Notes under the pieces: model-generated | What the model saw: the letters and a program-made list of their open reading frames with translations, nothing else | Told to the model about the DNA's origin: nothing | The model's database searches: none | Assembly (NCBI GenBank): GCA_965232515.1 | Contig: CBDDPY010000002.1 | Span: 672,001-736,000, forward strand | DNA length: 64,000 nt | Source of the DNA: Alphaproteobacteria bacterium | Lineage (GTDB): Bacteria > Pseudomonadota > Alphaproteobacteria > GCA-2731375 | Reading direction: 5' to 3' | In this document: piece after piece, positions 24,090 through 34,988 of the stretch | Layout of the letters: each line of letters starts with the position of its first letter | How positions within the stretch are numbered: the first letter of the stretch is position 1 | Made by a program: the position numbers and the translations under genes

Positions 24090-25077
24090 AGGCTTTCCGC
24101 TCACCGAAAATGATCCGAGCCGTTTCCGTCAACGGCCGGACTTCGGCGTCTTCCAGGATGCCGCGCGCCACCATCTCGCGGTGGCATTCCGGCAGGTTGT
24201 AGCAGGGTACGGAGGGGTACATGTGGTGCTCGATGTGGAAGTTCACGTCGTGCGGAAAGACGAACCACATCAGCCAGCCGGGGCCGGTATTGGTACGCGC
24301 CGCCTTCAGCGGCGAGTTCTCGTCGACAACAGCGCCGTGCTCGCAGATGGCGCGGAAACGGAGCAGCGGCTGCAACAGCGTCACCAGGACGAGGGGCCAG
24401 AGGATCAGATATTGCCAGCCCCAGCCAGAGCTGAAGGCTGCGACCGGCATGCCGATATGGAAGGCCGCGACCAGCCAGCGGTCGCGTCTCGCCGCCCGCC
24501 GCAGGGCCGGCGAGGTGTCGTTCAGCGGCCGGTTTTCGGTCGCGATCTCGTCGTTGATGACCGGCGCGCCGAAGAAGTATCGGTAGGTCTTCCAGGCGGT
24601 GCCGCCCAGCAGGTCCTTCGCCAGCTTGCGCAAAAGGTAACCGCGCCCGCGCGGATAGCCGCCATGGATCGGCGTGTCCGGGTCCTGCGGCCCGTAGAGG
24701 TGATTGTGGTGCAGCCGGTGCACGACCCGGTAGGTGCACATCGAAATGCCGACCGGGGTGGCGCAGAGCCGGCCGACGAGATCGTTCAGCCAGCGTGTCT
24801 CGTAGAGCCGGTAGTGGGCCGCGTCGTGCGCGATCACGAACAGCGCCTGCGCCCGCGTCGTGATGATCAGCATGGCCGGGATCACCACCCACGGCGTCCA
24901 CCAGATCGTAGCGGCCGTCAGGCAGGCGGCGATCACGCCCCAGGTCTGCAGCACCGGCCAGCTCGCCTTCACCGGATCGAGTCGGGTCAGGCGTTTGATG
25001 ACATGCGCCGGCAGGCTTTGCCGCCGACGCAGGTCGTCGCGGAACTCCTCGCCCTGGATCTGTGTGGCCTCGGTCAT
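24052..25077 (-). CDS. Membrane fatty-acid desaturase family protein
   Basis: Three His boxes HDAAH, HRLHH, HIEHH plus hydrophobic segments. Confidence 0.9.
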   Translation of the reverse strand: MTEATQIQGEEFRDDLRRRQSLPAHVIKRLTRLDPVKASWPVLQTWGVIAACLTAATIWWTPWVVIPAMLIITTRAQALFVIAHDAAHYRLYETRWLNDLVGRLCATPVGISMCTYRVVHRLHHNHLYGPQDPDTPIHGGYPRGRGYLLRKLAKDLLGGTAWKTYRYFFGAPVINDEIATENRPLNDTSPALRRAARRDRWLVAAFHIGMPVAAFSSGWGWQYLILWPLVLVTLLQPLLRFRAICEHGAVVDENSPLKAARTNTGPGWLMWFVFPHDVNFHIEHHMYPSVPCYNLPECHREMVARGILEDAEVRPLTETARIIFGERKAFRSNVQAAAQSS

Positions 25078-25712
25078 GCTGTCCCCCGCAATTGCTGCAC
25101 GTTGTCGGACGCGCCCATAACCGCCCGGCGCATGAAAGCCGCGATGCCGTTCGCCAGTTCATCCTCGCCGGCGGCGTCGCCGAAGGTCTCCGGCGTCAGC
25201 GGCCCGACCATCGCCTCGGCCAGCGCGCCGATCAGGCAGGCGGCGGTGATGTCGACCTGCTGCGGCGGAAACTCGCCTGCGGCGATGCCGTCCCGAACGA
25301 TCCGGGCGAAGACCCGGGCATAGGCCCGCTTCGACTCGATCCGCTCCGCCTCGACCGCAGGGTCGACCGGCTCGGCGATCAGCGCATAGGCCAGCCGGTG
25401 GCCGCGGACGGCGCGATGCACGAAGGTGCGGACGATGCTGTCCAGCCGCTCGCCCGCCGGGGCCTCGACCTCGGCGATCTGTGCCAGCACCGCCACCTCA
25501 TGCGACGAGGCCTTGCGGAACAGCTCGGCAAAGAGATCGGCCTTGGAGGGGAAGTAGAGGTAGACCGTGCCCGTCGCGATTCCGGCCGCCGCCGCCACGG
25601 CTGCCACCTGGGCCGCCCGGAAGCCGTCATCCGCGACGATATGAAAGGCCGCCTTCAGGATGCGCTGCCGGACCTCGGCCTTGCGATCCCGGCGCTCCAC
25701 GGTTTCCGCCAT
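25074..25712 (-). CDS. TetR/AcrR family regulator
   Basis: ILKAAFHIVADDGFRAAQVAAVAAAAGIATGTVYLYFPSKADL HTH; ATGA overlap with desaturase start. Confidence 0.95.
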   Translation of the reverse strand: MAETVERRDRKAEVRQRILKAAFHIVADDGFRAAQVAAVAAAAGIATGTVYLYFPSKADLFAELFRKASSHEVAVLAQIAEVEAPAGERLDSIVRTFVHRAVRGHRLAYALIAEPVDPAVEAERIESKRAYARVFARIVRDGIAAGEFPPQQVDITAACLIGALAEAMVGPLTPETFGDAAGEDELANGIAAFMRRAVMGASDNVQQLRGTA

Positions 25713-25718
25713 GAGCTT

Positions 25719-25772
25719 ATGAATCCAGATTCATTCTGTTGAAATGAATCCAGATTCAGTGTTTGTTGTCAA
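25719..25772 (-). promoter_or_regulatory. tetR promoter with two palindromic operators
   Basis: ATGAATC-CA-GATTCA(T) at 25719-25734 and 25744-25758; minus-strand TTGACA at 25772-25767. Confidence 0.8.
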
Positions 25773-25820
25773 GCCATGAGAGAAACCTGGAATTGCGGCC
25801 GACGGCCCGTCGGCAACCGG

Positions 25821-26858
25821 CTATCCCACGGCCGATGCGGGCGTGTTGGCGAGATTGGCGAGATCGAAGGCGTCCGCCAGCAATTCGTAGGACCGCAGGC
25901 GCTTCTCGAAGTCATGCGTGATGGTCACGACGACCAGTTCGTCGCAGCCATATCGCCGCGCCAGCTCGTCCAGTCGGGCTTTCACTTGATCCGGTGTGCC
26001 GGCGATCGTGCGGCGGCGGTTGAAACGGACCATGGCCCGCTCCCGATCGTTATAGTCATAGGCCTTGGCCTCGTCGGGCGTGGGGATAGGACCCGGCTGG
26101 CCGCTCCTCAGCCGCAGCAGCCAGAGATCGCGGCTGCAGGCCAGGTGATCGGCCTCCTCCTCGGTCTCGGCGCAGATCACGAAGACACCGATGCTGCCTT
26201 GCGCCTCGTGGCTGTGCCCCTGCGCCTTGAAGTGCTGCCGATAGGCCTGCATGACCTCGGCGCCGCCCTCGTCATTGATGAAGTGGGCGAAGCTGAACGG
26301 CAGGCCGAAATAGGCCGCATAGGCGGCGCTCTGGTCGCTGGAGCCGAGCAGCCAGACCTGCGGGCTGGTCGAACCGCGCGGTTCGGCATGGATGCCGTGG
26401 AAGGGATGCCCGGCTTCGATCGAGTCGTTCAGAAACTCGACCAGATCCTTGATCTGATTCGGAAAATACTCGATCCCGAGCTTGCCCGGACCGGCAGCCA
26501 GCGCCTGTGCCGTTCGCCCGTCGCTGCCCGGGGCGCGGCCGATGCCGAGGTCGATGCGGCCTGGGAACAGCGTTTCCAGCATGCGGAAGTTTTCCGCCAC
26601 CTTGAGGGCGCTGTAGTGGCTGAGCATGACGCCGCCGGAGCCGACACGCAGATTTTCCGTGATCGAGGCGACGCGACCGATCAGCACCTCCGGCGTCGAG
26701 CCCGCGAGGCCACCGGAGCTGTGGTGTTCGGCGAGCCAATAGCGATGAAATCCCAGCCGATCGCAGAACCCCGCCAGCTCCAGCGTTTCCGCCACGGCAT
26801 CGGCCGGTGTGGCCCCGCTACGGATCGGCGACTGATCCAACACACTCAGAAACGTCAT
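25821..26858 (-). CDS. LLM class (luciferase-like) flavin-dependent oxidoreductase
   Basis: [46 protein letters not shown]; start at ATG 26858. Confidence 0.93.
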   Translation of the reverse strand: MTFLSVLDQSPIRSGATPADAVAETLELAGFCDRLGFHRYWLAEHHSSGGLAGSTPEVLIGRVASITENLRVGSGGVMLSHYSALKVAENFRMLETLFPGRIDLGIGRAPGSDGRTAQALAAGPGKLGIEYFPNQIKDLVEFLNDSIEAGHPFHGIHAEPRGSTSPQVWLLGSSDQSAAYAAYFGLPFSFAHFINDEGGAEVMQAYRQHFKAQGHSHEAQGSIGVFVICAETEEEADHLACSRDLWLLRLRSGQPGPIPTPDEAKAYDYNDRERAMVRFNRRRTIAGTPDQVKARLDELARRYGCDELVVVTITHDFEKRLRSYELLADAFDLANLANTPASAVG

Positions 26859-27030
26859 CGCGACACGAACTCCTTCAACCCACGACAAGCACCCGACGCC
26901 CGCGACGCCGGACATGGGCATGGTCGCCGTCGAAACGAAGCGGCGGCTATCAAGACCCATCCGATACCATGATTTCTCGCGGCGCCTAGGTTACATTGCC
27001 CTCGATCAATCAGACAAACGAGACCTGCCG

Positions 27031-28203
27031 ATGCTCCCGAATGCGTTACCGAGCCTGAACTTCGATCTCGGCGAGACAGCCGATCTGCTGCGTGACACCG
27101 TGGCCACATTCGCATCGGACCACATCGCGCCGCGGGCGGCGGACATCGACGAGAAAAACGACTTTCCCCACGATCTGTGGCCGAAATTCGGCGAGCTCGG
27201 CCTGCTCGGCATCACCGTCGAAGAGGAATACGGCGGGGCCGGCATGGGCTATCTCGAGCATGTCGTGGCGGTCGAGGAATTGAGCCGGGCATCTGCGGCT
27301 GTCGGCCTGAGCTACGGCGCGCATTCCAACCTCTGCGTCAACCAGATTCGCCGCAACGGCAACGACGAACAGCGGCGGCGCTACCTGCCGAAGCTGATCT
27401 CGGGCGAGCACGTCGGCGCGCTCGCCATGTCCGAACCCGGTGCTGGCTCGGATGTCGTCGGCATGCGCCTCAGGGCCGATAAGAAGGGCGACCAGTTCGT
27501 ACTCAACGGCAACAAGATGTGGATCACCAATGGCCCTGACGCTGACACGCTGGTGGTCTACGCCAAGACCGATCCGGACGCGGGCCCGCGGGGCATCACG
27601 GCCTTCCTGATTGAGAAGGGTTTCAAGGGGTTCTCGACGGCGCAGAAGCTCGACAAGCTCGGCATGCGCGGCTCCAACACCTGCGAGTTGGTGTTCGAGG
27701 ACTGCGAGGTGCCGGAAGAGAACGTGCTGGGCGAGATCAACAAGGGCGTGCACGTGCTGATGTCGGGCCTCGATTACGAGCGGGCCGTGCTGGCTGCCGG
27801 CCCGACCGGCATCATGCAGGCCTGCATGGATGTGGTCGTGCCCTATGTGCATGAGCGCGAGCAGTTTGGCCGTCCAATCGGCGAGTTTCAGCTCATGCAG
27901 GGCAAGATCGCCGACATGTATACGACGATGAACGCCACCAAGGCTTACGTCTATGCCGTCGCCAAGGCCTGCGACCGCGGCGAGACCACGCGCAAGGATG
28001 CCGCCGGCGCAATCCTCTACGCGGCCGAAAAGGCGACCTGGATGGCGCTGGAGGCGATCCAGGCGCTCGGCGGCAACGGCTACATCAACGAATATCCGAC
28101 CGGCCGCCTGCTGCGCGACGCCAAACTCTATGAGATCGGCGCCGGCACGTCGGAGATCCGGCGCATGTTGATCGGCCGCGAGCTGTTCGAGGAGACGGCA
28201 TGA
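27031..28203 (+). CDS. ivd: Isovaleryl-CoA dehydrogenase
   Basis: [57 protein letters not shown]; upstream of mcc genes. Confidence 0.95.
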   Translation: MLPNALPSLNFDLGETADLLRDTVATFASDHIAPRAADIDEKNDFPHDLWPKFGELGLLGITVEEEYGGAGMGYLEHVVAVEELSRASAAVGLSYGAHSNLCVNQIRRNGNDEQRRRYLPKLISGEHVGALAMSEPGAGSDVVGMRLRADKKGDQFVLNGNKMWITNGPDADTLVVYAKTDPDAGPRGITAFLIEKGFKGFSTAQKLDKLGMRGSNTCELVFEDCEVPEENVLGEINKGVHVLMSGLDYERAVLAAGPTGIMQACMDVVVPYVHEREQFGRPIGEFQLMQGKIADMYTTMNATKAYVYAVAKACDRGETTRKDAAGAILYAAEKATWMALEAIQALGGNGYINEYPTGRLLRDAKLYEIGAGTSEIRRMLIGRELFEETA

Positions 28204-28679
28204 CGGCAGGTCGTCCGCGGAACGCCGTCGTCGATCCGGCCGACTTGCCGGGCGGCGCGAACACGGACTATCCGGACCCGTTCCGCGCTGCCGTGGAACG
28301 GCGCGAGAAGCGCAAGCTTGGCGATGCCGTTGGCCTGACGAATTTTGGGGTCAACCTGGTGCGGCTGCCGCCGGGCGCCGCGTCTACCCAGCGGCACTGG
28401 CACAGCAGGCAAGATGAGTTCGTCTATGTGCTGGACGGCGAGGTCGTGCTGCTGACCGATGCCGGCGAGCAGGTGCTGTCGGCGGGCATGTGCGCCGGCT
28501 TTCCCGCCGGTTCGGGTGATGGGCATCAGTTGCTGAACCGGTCGGACCGGGACGTGCGCTACCTTGAGGTCGGCGACCGGACGCCCGACGACGAGGTTGA
28601 CTATCCCGACATCGATCTGTTGGTGCGCTGGATCGACGGCGTCGAGCGTTACGTCCACAAGGACGGCACGCCCTACTAG
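28200..28679 (+). CDS. Cupin domain protein
   Basis: [41 protein letters not shown]. Confidence 0.9.
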   Translation: MTAGRPRNAVVDPADLPGGANTDYPDPFRAAVERREKRKLGDAVGLTNFGVNLVRLPPGAASTQRHWHSRQDEFVYVLDGEVVLLTDAGEQVLSAGMCAGFPAGSGDGHQLLNRSDRDVRYLEVGDRTPDDEVDYPDIDLLVRWIDGVERYVHKDGTPY

Positions 28680-28699
28680 GCGCAGAGGGAGCAGCCGGC

Positions 28700-29458
28700 A
28701 TGCCAAAGCTGAATCGGGACGGCGTCGAATTCTATTTCGAGGATCACGGACGGGGGCCGGCCGTGCTGCTGACGCATGGCTACAGCGCCGACTCGACCAT
28801 GTGGCGCGACCAGGTGTCGGCCCTGCGCGACGATCACCGTGTGATCGTCTGGGACATGCGCGGGCACGGCCGGTCCGACTATCCCGACGACCAAAGCCTC
28901 TATTCGGAGACACATACCGTCGCCGACATGGCGGCGCTTCTGGATCACTGCGGCATCGACACGGCCGTGATCGGCGGCCTGTCGCTCGGCGGCTATTCCT
29001 CGCTCGCCTTTCATCTGGCGCATGCCCATCGTACGCGAGCGCTGATGCTGTTCGACACCGGTCCGGGCTTCAAGAAAGACGACGCCCGCGACGCCTGGAA
29101 CAAATACGCGCTGTCCCGGGCCGACGCGCTCGACCGCGACGGCTTGTCGGCGCTCAGCAGCAGCGACGAGGTGCAACAGGCGCAGCACCGGTCGGCGGAT
29201 GGGCTCGCCCGTGCGGCCCGCGGCATGCTGACCCAGCGGGACGCCGCCGTGATCAACTCCCTGCCCAACGTTGCCGTGCCGACGCTGGTGCTGGTCGGCG
29301 CCGACGATACGAACTTTCTTGCGGCGACGGATTACATGGCGGCGAAAATTCCGAATGCCGCCAAGGTCGTCATCCCCGATGCCGGCCACGCCGCCAACAT
29401 CCACCAACCCGCGGCGTTCAACGACGCCATGCGGTCGTTTCTCGCCACGTTGCCCTGA
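28700..29458 (+). CDS. Alpha/beta fold hydrolase (PcaD-like)
   Basis: THGY, WDMRGHGRS, GGLSLGG, GADD, AGHAANI. Confidence 0.9.
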   Translation: MPKLNRDGVEFYFEDHGRGPAVLLTHGYSADSTMWRDQVSALRDDHRVIVWDMRGHGRSDYPDDQSLYSETHTVADMAALLDHCGIDTAVIGGLSLGGYSSLAFHLAHAHRTRALMLFDTGPGFKKDDARDAWNKYALSRADALDRDGLSALSSSDEVQQAQHRSADGLARAARGMLTQRDAAVINSLPNVAVPTLVLVGADDTNFLAATDYMAAKIPNAAKVVIPDAGHAANIHQPAAFNDAMRSFLATLP

Positions 29459-29483
29459 ACCGGACCGACACCCTGAGGACGCG

Positions 29484-30623
29484 ATGCTGCTGACTGACGA
29501 GCAAACCATGATCCGCGACATGGCGCGGGACTTTGCGCAAGCCGAACTCGCGCCGCACGCGGCGCAGTGGGAGCTCGACGGCGCATTGCCGGCCGACACG
29601 CTGCGCAAGATGGGCGACCTCGGCCTGATGGGCATGTGCGTTGATGATCAATGGGGCGGTGGCGCGGCGGACTACGTGTCCTATGTGCTCGCCCTGATGG
29701 AGATCGCCGGCGGCGACGGCGCGACATCGACCGTCATGAGCGTCAACAACTCGCCGGTTTGTGCCGCCATCGCCGAATACGGCAGTGACGAACAGAAGCG
29801 CCAGTATCTGGCGCCGCTCGCCCGCGGCGAGATGATCGGCGCGTTTCTTTTGACCGAGCCGCAGGCCGGCTCGGACGCGTCGAACCTGCGCGCCCGGGCG
29901 AAGCTCGTCGGCAACAAGTATGTGCTGAACGGCACCAAGCAGTTCATCACCTCGGGCAGGATCGCGTCGGTCGCCATGGTCTTCGCCGTGACCGATCCCG
30001 ATGCCGGTAAGAAGGGCATCACCTGCTTCCTGACGCCGACGGATGCGCCGGGCTACGTCATCGCCGGCGAGGAGCGGAAGCTCGGCCAGCGCGCCTCCGA
30101 TACCTGCCAGATCCAGCTCGAGGATCTGGAAGTCCCGCCCGACATGATCCTCGGCCAGCCGGGGGAGGGCTACAAGATCGCGCTGGCCAATCTCTCGACC
30201 GGCCGTATCGGCATCGCCGCGCAGGCCGTCGGCATGGCCGACGCCGCGCTTCAGGCCGCGTCGGCCTACGCCAAGGAGCGCGAAACCTTCGGCAAGCCGA
30301 TCATCGAGCACCAGGCCATCGCCTTTCGCTTGGCCGACATGGCGACAGAGGTCGAGGTGGCCCGGCAGATGGCCTTGCATGCGGCGACGCTGAAAGACGC
30401 TGATCTGCCGAGCCTGAAGGAGGCCTCGATGGCGAAGCTGTTCGCGTCGGAGATGGCCGAGCGGGTCTGTTCGGCGGCGATCCAGATACACGGCGGTTAC
30501 GGATACCTGAGCGATTTTCCGGTCGAGCGCATCTACCGCGATGTCCGCGTCTGCCAGATCTACGAGGGCACCAGCGACGTCCAGAAGATGGTCATCAGCC
30601 GCGAAATCGCGGCGGACCGGTAG
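29484..30623 (+). CDS. Short/branched-chain acyl-CoA dehydrogenase
   Basis: FLLTEPQAGSDA, NGTKQFITSG, GRIGIAAQAVG, QIHGGYGY, QIYEGTSDVQ; start at ATG 29484 with GAGG RBS. Confidence 0.94.
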   Translation: MLLTDEQTMIRDMARDFAQAELAPHAAQWELDGALPADTLRKMGDLGLMGMCVDDQWGGGAADYVSYVLALMEIAGGDGATSTVMSVNNSPVCAAIAEYGSDEQKRQYLAPLARGEMIGAFLLTEPQAGSDASNLRARAKLVGNKYVLNGTKQFITSGRIASVAMVFAVTDPDAGKKGITCFLTPTDAPGYVIAGEERKLGQRASDTCQIQLEDLEVPPDMILGQPGEGYKIALANLSTGRIGIAAQAVGMADAALQAASAYAKERETFGKPIIEHQAIAFRLADMATEVEVARQMALHAATLKDADLPSLKEASMAKLFASEMAERVCSAAIQIHGGYGYLSDFPVERIYRDVRVCQIYEGTSDVQKMVISREIAADR

Positions 30624-30630
30624 ACCGCAG

Positions 30631-31233
30631 ATGCCCGCGCCGATCGACTTCTATTTCGACTTTCTGTCGCCTTACGGCTATCTCGGCTCCATCGGCATCG
30701 AGAAGGTCGCCGCCAAGTACGGCCGCGCGGTCGAATGGCGGCCCATGCTGCTGGGCATCAACGCCCTCAAGGTCATGGGCATCAGGCCCTTGAATGAGAC
30801 GCCGTTGAAGGCGCCGTACCTGAAGCGCGATGTGCCGCGCACGGCCAGCTACATGGGCATCCCGATTGTCATGCACGGGAAGATGATGGCGCCGCTGCCG
30901 GCGGCCCGCGCCTTTGCCTGGTTGGCCGACGATGATGCCGCCTTGGCCAAGCGGTTCGGACAGGCGATCTACAAGGCCCACTGGGCCGACGGCCGCAATA
31001 TGTCGACGCCGGATGCCGTGGCGGGCGAGGCCGCGACGTTGGGCATCGATGCGGATGCCCTGTTGGCGGCTATCGAGACCGACAAGGTCAAGAACCGCTT
31101 GAAGGAACGCGTCCAGGACTCTATCGAGGTCGGTGTTTTCGGCACCCCCACATTCGTTGCCGACGGCGAGATGTTCTGGGGCTCGGACCGGCTTCCTATG
31201 GTCGACCGCTGGCTGGAGACGGGTGGTTTCTGA
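30631..31233 (+). CDS. 2-hydroxychromene-2-carboxylate isomerase / DsbA (GST-kappa) family protein
   Basis: IDFYFDFLSPYGY, WRPMLLG, GVFGTPTFV..FWGSDRL. Confidence 0.9.
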   Translation: MPAPIDFYFDFLSPYGYLGSIGIEKVAAKYGRAVEWRPMLLGINALKVMGIRPLNETPLKAPYLKRDVPRTASYMGIPIVMHGKMMAPLPAARAFAWLADDDAALAKRFGQAIYKAHWADGRNMSTPDAVAGEAATLGIDADALLAAIETDKVKNRLKERVQDSIEVGVFGTPTFVADGEMFWGSDRLPMVDRWLETGGF

Positions 31234-31302
31234 ATTCCGCTTCAGCCCGCGAATGCCCATGCTAAATTAGCTTTTCGCCTGCCATCGGAGCTTTTCCCCG
31301 CA

Positions 31303-32910
31303 ATGAGCGTCATTGCCAGCAAGATCGACACGCGCGATCCCGCCTACCAGAAGAACCACGCCCAGATGGTCACGCAGCTCGCCGAGTTGAAGGCCGTCAT
31401 CGGCAAATTGAAGCTCGGTGGTGGCGAGCGCAGCCGCAAACGACATCTGGACCGCGGCAAACTGCTGCCGCGCGACCGGGTGCGGGCGCTGGTCGATCCC
31501 GGCGCGCCTTTTCTGGAGTTCTCCCAGCTCGCCGCCTACGGCGTCTATGACGACGAGGTACCGTGCGCCGGCATCATCACCGGCATCGGCCGGGTGTCCG
31601 GCCGCGAGTGCGTGATCGTCGCGAACGACGCGACGGTGAAGGGCGGCACCTACTATTCGCTGACCGTGAAGAAACACCTGCGGGCCCAAGAGGTGGCGCT
31701 GCAGAACAGCTTGCCGTGCATCTACCTCGTGGATTCCGGCGGCGCGAACCTGCCGGAATGGCCGGATGTCTTTCCCGACCGCGAACATTTCGGCCGCATT
31801 TTCTACAACCAGGCCAACATGTCGGCACGGGCGATCCCGCAGATTGCTGTGGTCATGGGCTCCTGCACGGCCGGCGGCGCCTACGTGCCGGCGATGTCGG
31901 ACGAGAGCATCATCGTGCGTCAGCAGGGCACGATCTTCCTCGGCGGCCCGCCGCTGGTGAAGGCGGCGACGGGCGAGGAAGTGACGCCGGAAGAGCTGGG
32001 CGGCGCCGATGTACATTCGCGCACCTCCGGCGTGACCGACCACTACGCCGTTAACGACCATCATGCGCTGTCGATCGCCCGCGATATCGTCGCCGATCTG
32101 AACCGGCCGAAGCATCATTCGCTGGAGGTCCGACCGCCGGCGCCGCCGGCCTATGACCCGTCCGAGCTCTACGGGATACTGCCGGATGACGTGCGCATTC
32201 CCTACGACGTGCACGAGGTGATCGCCCGCATCGTCGACGGAAGCGACTTCGATGAATTCAAGAAGCTGTACGGCCAGACGCTTGTGTGCGGCTTCGCGCA
32301 TATCTGGGGCTATCCCGTCGGCATCCTCGCCAACAATGGCATCCTGTTCTCGGAGTCGGCGGTGAAGGGCGCGCACTTCATCGAGCTCTGCAGTCAGCGC
32401 GGCATCCCGCTGCTGTTCCTGCAGAACATCAGCGGCTTCATGGTCGGCAAGAAGTACGAAGCCGGCGGCATCGCCAAGGACGGCGCCAAGCTCGTTACCG
32501 CGGTCAGCACCACGTCGGTGCCGAAATTCACCGTCGTCATCGGCGGTTCTTATGGCGCCGGCAACTACGGCATGTGCGGCCGCGCCTACGGCCCGCGGAT
32601 GCTCTGGATGTGGCCAAGTGCGCGTTTGGCGCTGATGGGCGCCGAACAGGCGGCGGGGGTGCTGGCGACCGTGCGCCGCGCCAACATCGAGGGCCGCGGC
32701 GAGACTTGGAGCGACGAGGCCGAGGCCGAATTCAAACAGCCGATCATCGACCAGTTCGAATCCCAAAGCTCGCCTTACTTCGCCAGCTCGCGCCTCTGGG
32801 ATGACGGCATTATCGATCCGGCGGAAACGCGAAACGTGCTGGGGCTGGCCATCTCGGCCGCATTGAACGCGCCGATCGAGCCGACGCGGTTCGGCGTCTT
32901 CCGCATGTAG
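31303..32910 (+). CDS. mccB: 3-methylcrotonyl-CoA carboxylase beta subunit (MccB/LiuB)
   Basis: [56 protein letters not shown] terminus. Confidence 0.93.
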   Translation: MSVIASKIDTRDPAYQKNHAQMVTQLAELKAVIGKLKLGGGERSRKRHLDRGKLLPRDRVRALVDPGAPFLEFSQLAAYGVYDDEVPCAGIITGIGRVSGRECVIVANDATVKGGTYYSLTVKKHLRAQEVALQNSLPCIYLVDSGGANLPEWPDVFPDREHFGRIFYNQANMSARAIPQIAVVMGSCTAGGAYVPAMSDESIIVRQQGTIFLGGPPLVKAATGEEVTPEELGGADVHSRTSGVTDHYAVNDHHALSIARDIVADLNRPKHHSLEVRPPAPPAYDPSELYGILPDDVRIPYDVHEVIARIVDGSDFDEFKKLYGQTLVCGFAHIWGYPVGILANNGILFSESAVKGAHFIELCSQRGIPLLFLQNISGFMVGKKYEAGGIAKDGAKLVTAVSTTSVPKFTVVIGGSYGAGNYGMCGRAYGPRMLWMWPSARLALMGAEQAAGVLATVRRANIEGRGETWSDEAEAEFKQPIIDQFESQSSPYFASSRLWDDGIIDPAETRNVLGLAISAALNAPIEPTRFGVFRM

Positions 32911-32963
32911 AAGAAGCGGTAAGCAAATGAGCGACAAAACCGCCCTGAGGGGGAATTGATAGC

Positions 32964-34988
32964 GTGTTCGGCAAGATCCTGATCGCGAACCGGGGCGAGA
33001 TCGCCTGCCGCATCATCCAGACCGCGCGTCGGCTTGGGGTGCGCACGGTTGCCGTCTATTCGGAGGCCGATGCGCGGGCGCGGCACGTGGCACTAGCCGA
33101 TGAGGCCGTGCTTATCGGTCCGGCAGCGGCGCGGGAGAGCTATCTCGTTGCCGAGAAGATCCTCGACGCGGCGGCTCGCACGGGCGCCGAGGGTGTGCAT
33201 CCGGGTTACGGGTTTCTTTCGGAGAACGCCGCGTTCGCGCAAGCCTGCGCCGACGCCGGCCTGACCTTCATCGGGCCGCCGGCCGATGCGATCCGCGCCA
33301 TGGGCGAGAAGGCCGCGGCGAAGGCGATCATGGAGAAGGCGGACGTACCGGTCGTGCCGGGCTATCACGGCGACGATCAGGACGATGCGCGTCTCGCCGG
33401 CGCCGCCAACGACGTCGGCTATCCGGTGCTGATCAAGGCGGTTGCCGGCGGCGGCGGCAAAGGCATGCGACAGGTGGATGGGGCCGACAAGTTCGAGGCC
33501 GCCCTGAAGAGCGCACGACGCGAGGCCAAGGCCGCGTTCGGCGACGACAAGGTGTTGATCGAACGCTACCTCTCGAAGCCGCGTCACGTCGAAATCCAGG
33601 TCTTCGCCGACAGCCAAGGCAATGCCGTGCACCTGTTCGAACGCGACTGCTCGGTGCAGCGTCGGCACCAGAAGGTGCTGGAGGAAGCGCCGGCGCCCGA
33701 CATGCGGCCGGAGATGCGGCGCACCATGGGCGAGGCGGCCGTCGCCGCGGCGAAGGCCATCGGCTATGTCGGCGCCGGCACGGTCGAGTTTATCTGCGAT
33801 GTCACCAACGGCCTGTCTGAAGACGCGTTCTTCTTCATGGAAATGAACACGCGGCTGCAGGTCGAGCATCCCGTCACCGAACTCATCACCGGCCAGGACT
33901 TGGTCGAATGGCAACTGCGGGTCGCCACCGGCGAACCGCTGCCCCTGGCCCAGGATGACATCGTCATCGACGGCCATGCGATCGAAGCGCGGATCTATGC
34001 CGAAGACCCGCAGAAGAAGTTTTTCCCGTCAACTGGCACGCTGAAGCGTCTGCGGCCGCCGGCAGAAGACCCGCATCTGCGCATCGATACCGGTGTTGTC
34101 GAAGGCGACGAGGTCTCGATCCACTACGATCCCATGATCGCCAAATTGATCGCCTGGGACCGGGACCGCAATGCCGCCCTGCGGCGGCTGCGGGCCGGTC
34201 TGGAGGCCTATGAGATCGCCGGCGTCACCACCAATGTCGCGTTCCTCGCCGCCGTGGCGGCGCATCCGGCCTTCGTCGCCGGCGATCTGGATACCGGCTT
34301 CATCGACCGGCACAGCGCGGACCTGATTGCCGACCGGGGTCCGGTGCCGGACCGGTTCCTGGCGATCGCCTGCATGGACGTCTTGTTACGGCGGAATCGC
34401 GCTGCCCAGGAAGAACGTCAGGCGACGGCAGATCCGCATTCGCCGTGGTCGCACCTCGTCGGCTGGCGCCTGAACGACGAAGGCCACGACGATCTGCAGT
34501 TCATCGATGGTGAACAGGAGCACCGGGTGCTCGTGCACTACCGATCGGATGGCGGTTACGTCTTGGACCTGCCCGGCGGCTCGGTACAGGCAAATGGCGT
34601 GCTGGGCGAGGATGGCGAGCTGACCGTCGATCTTGACGGCCTGCGGCTTTCCGCCGCCGTCGTACACCAGGGCATGGAGATGACCGTGCTGGCCGGCGGT
34701 GTCAGCCATCGCCTGACCCGGCACGATCCCATGGCCGACGTCGCCGAGATCGATGTCGAGGAGAGCGGGCAGGTCAGCGCGCCGCTGCCGGGCAAGATCG
34801 TCCAAGTGCTGGTCGAGCAAGGCGCCAACGTGAAGAAGGGCGCGGCGCTGCTGGTCCTCGAGGCCATGAAGATGGAGCACATGATCGCCGCGCCCGCCGA
34901 CGGCGTCGTGGAGCGGGTCAATTTCGGCGAGGGCGATCAGGTCGAGGAGGGCGCCGTACTGATCGCCTTCGAAGCGGCCGGTGCCTGA
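32964..34988 (+). CDS. mccA: 3-methylcrotonyl-CoA carboxylase alpha subunit (MccA/LiuD)
   Basis: KILIANRGEIA, ERDCSVQRRHQK, EMNTRLQVEH, SPW..GWRLN, EAMKME; follows mccB. Confidence 0.9.
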   Translation: MFGKILIANRGEIACRIIQTARRLGVRTVAVYSEADARARHVALADEAVLIGPAAARESYLVAEKILDAAARTGAEGVHPGYGFLSENAAFAQACADAGLTFIGPPADAIRAMGEKAAAKAIMEKADVPVVPGYHGDDQDDARLAGAANDVGYPVLIKAVAGGGGKGMRQVDGADKFEAALKSARREAKAAFGDDKVLIERYLSKPRHVEIQVFADSQGNAVHLFERDCSVQRRHQKVLEEAPAPDMRPEMRRTMGEAAVAAAKAIGYVGAGTVEFICDVTNGLSEDAFFFMEMNTRLQVEHPVTELITGQDLVEWQLRVATGEPLPLAQDDIVIDGHAIEARIYAEDPQKKFFPSTGTLKRLRPPAEDPHLRIDTGVVEGDEVSIHYDPMIAKLIAWDRDRNAALRRLRAGLEAYEIAGVTTNVAFLAAVAAHPAFVAGDLDTGFIDRHSADLIADRGPVPDRFLAIACMDVLLRRNRAAQEERQATADPHSPWSHLVGWRLNDEGHDDLQFIDGEQEHRVLVHYRSDGGYVLDLPGGSVQANGVLGEDGELTVDLDGLRLSAAVVHQGMEMTVLAGGVSHRLTRHDPMADVAEIDVEESGQVSAPLPGKIVQVLVEQGANVKKGAALLVLEAMKMEHMIAAPADGVVERVNFGEGDQVEEGAVLIAFEAAGA

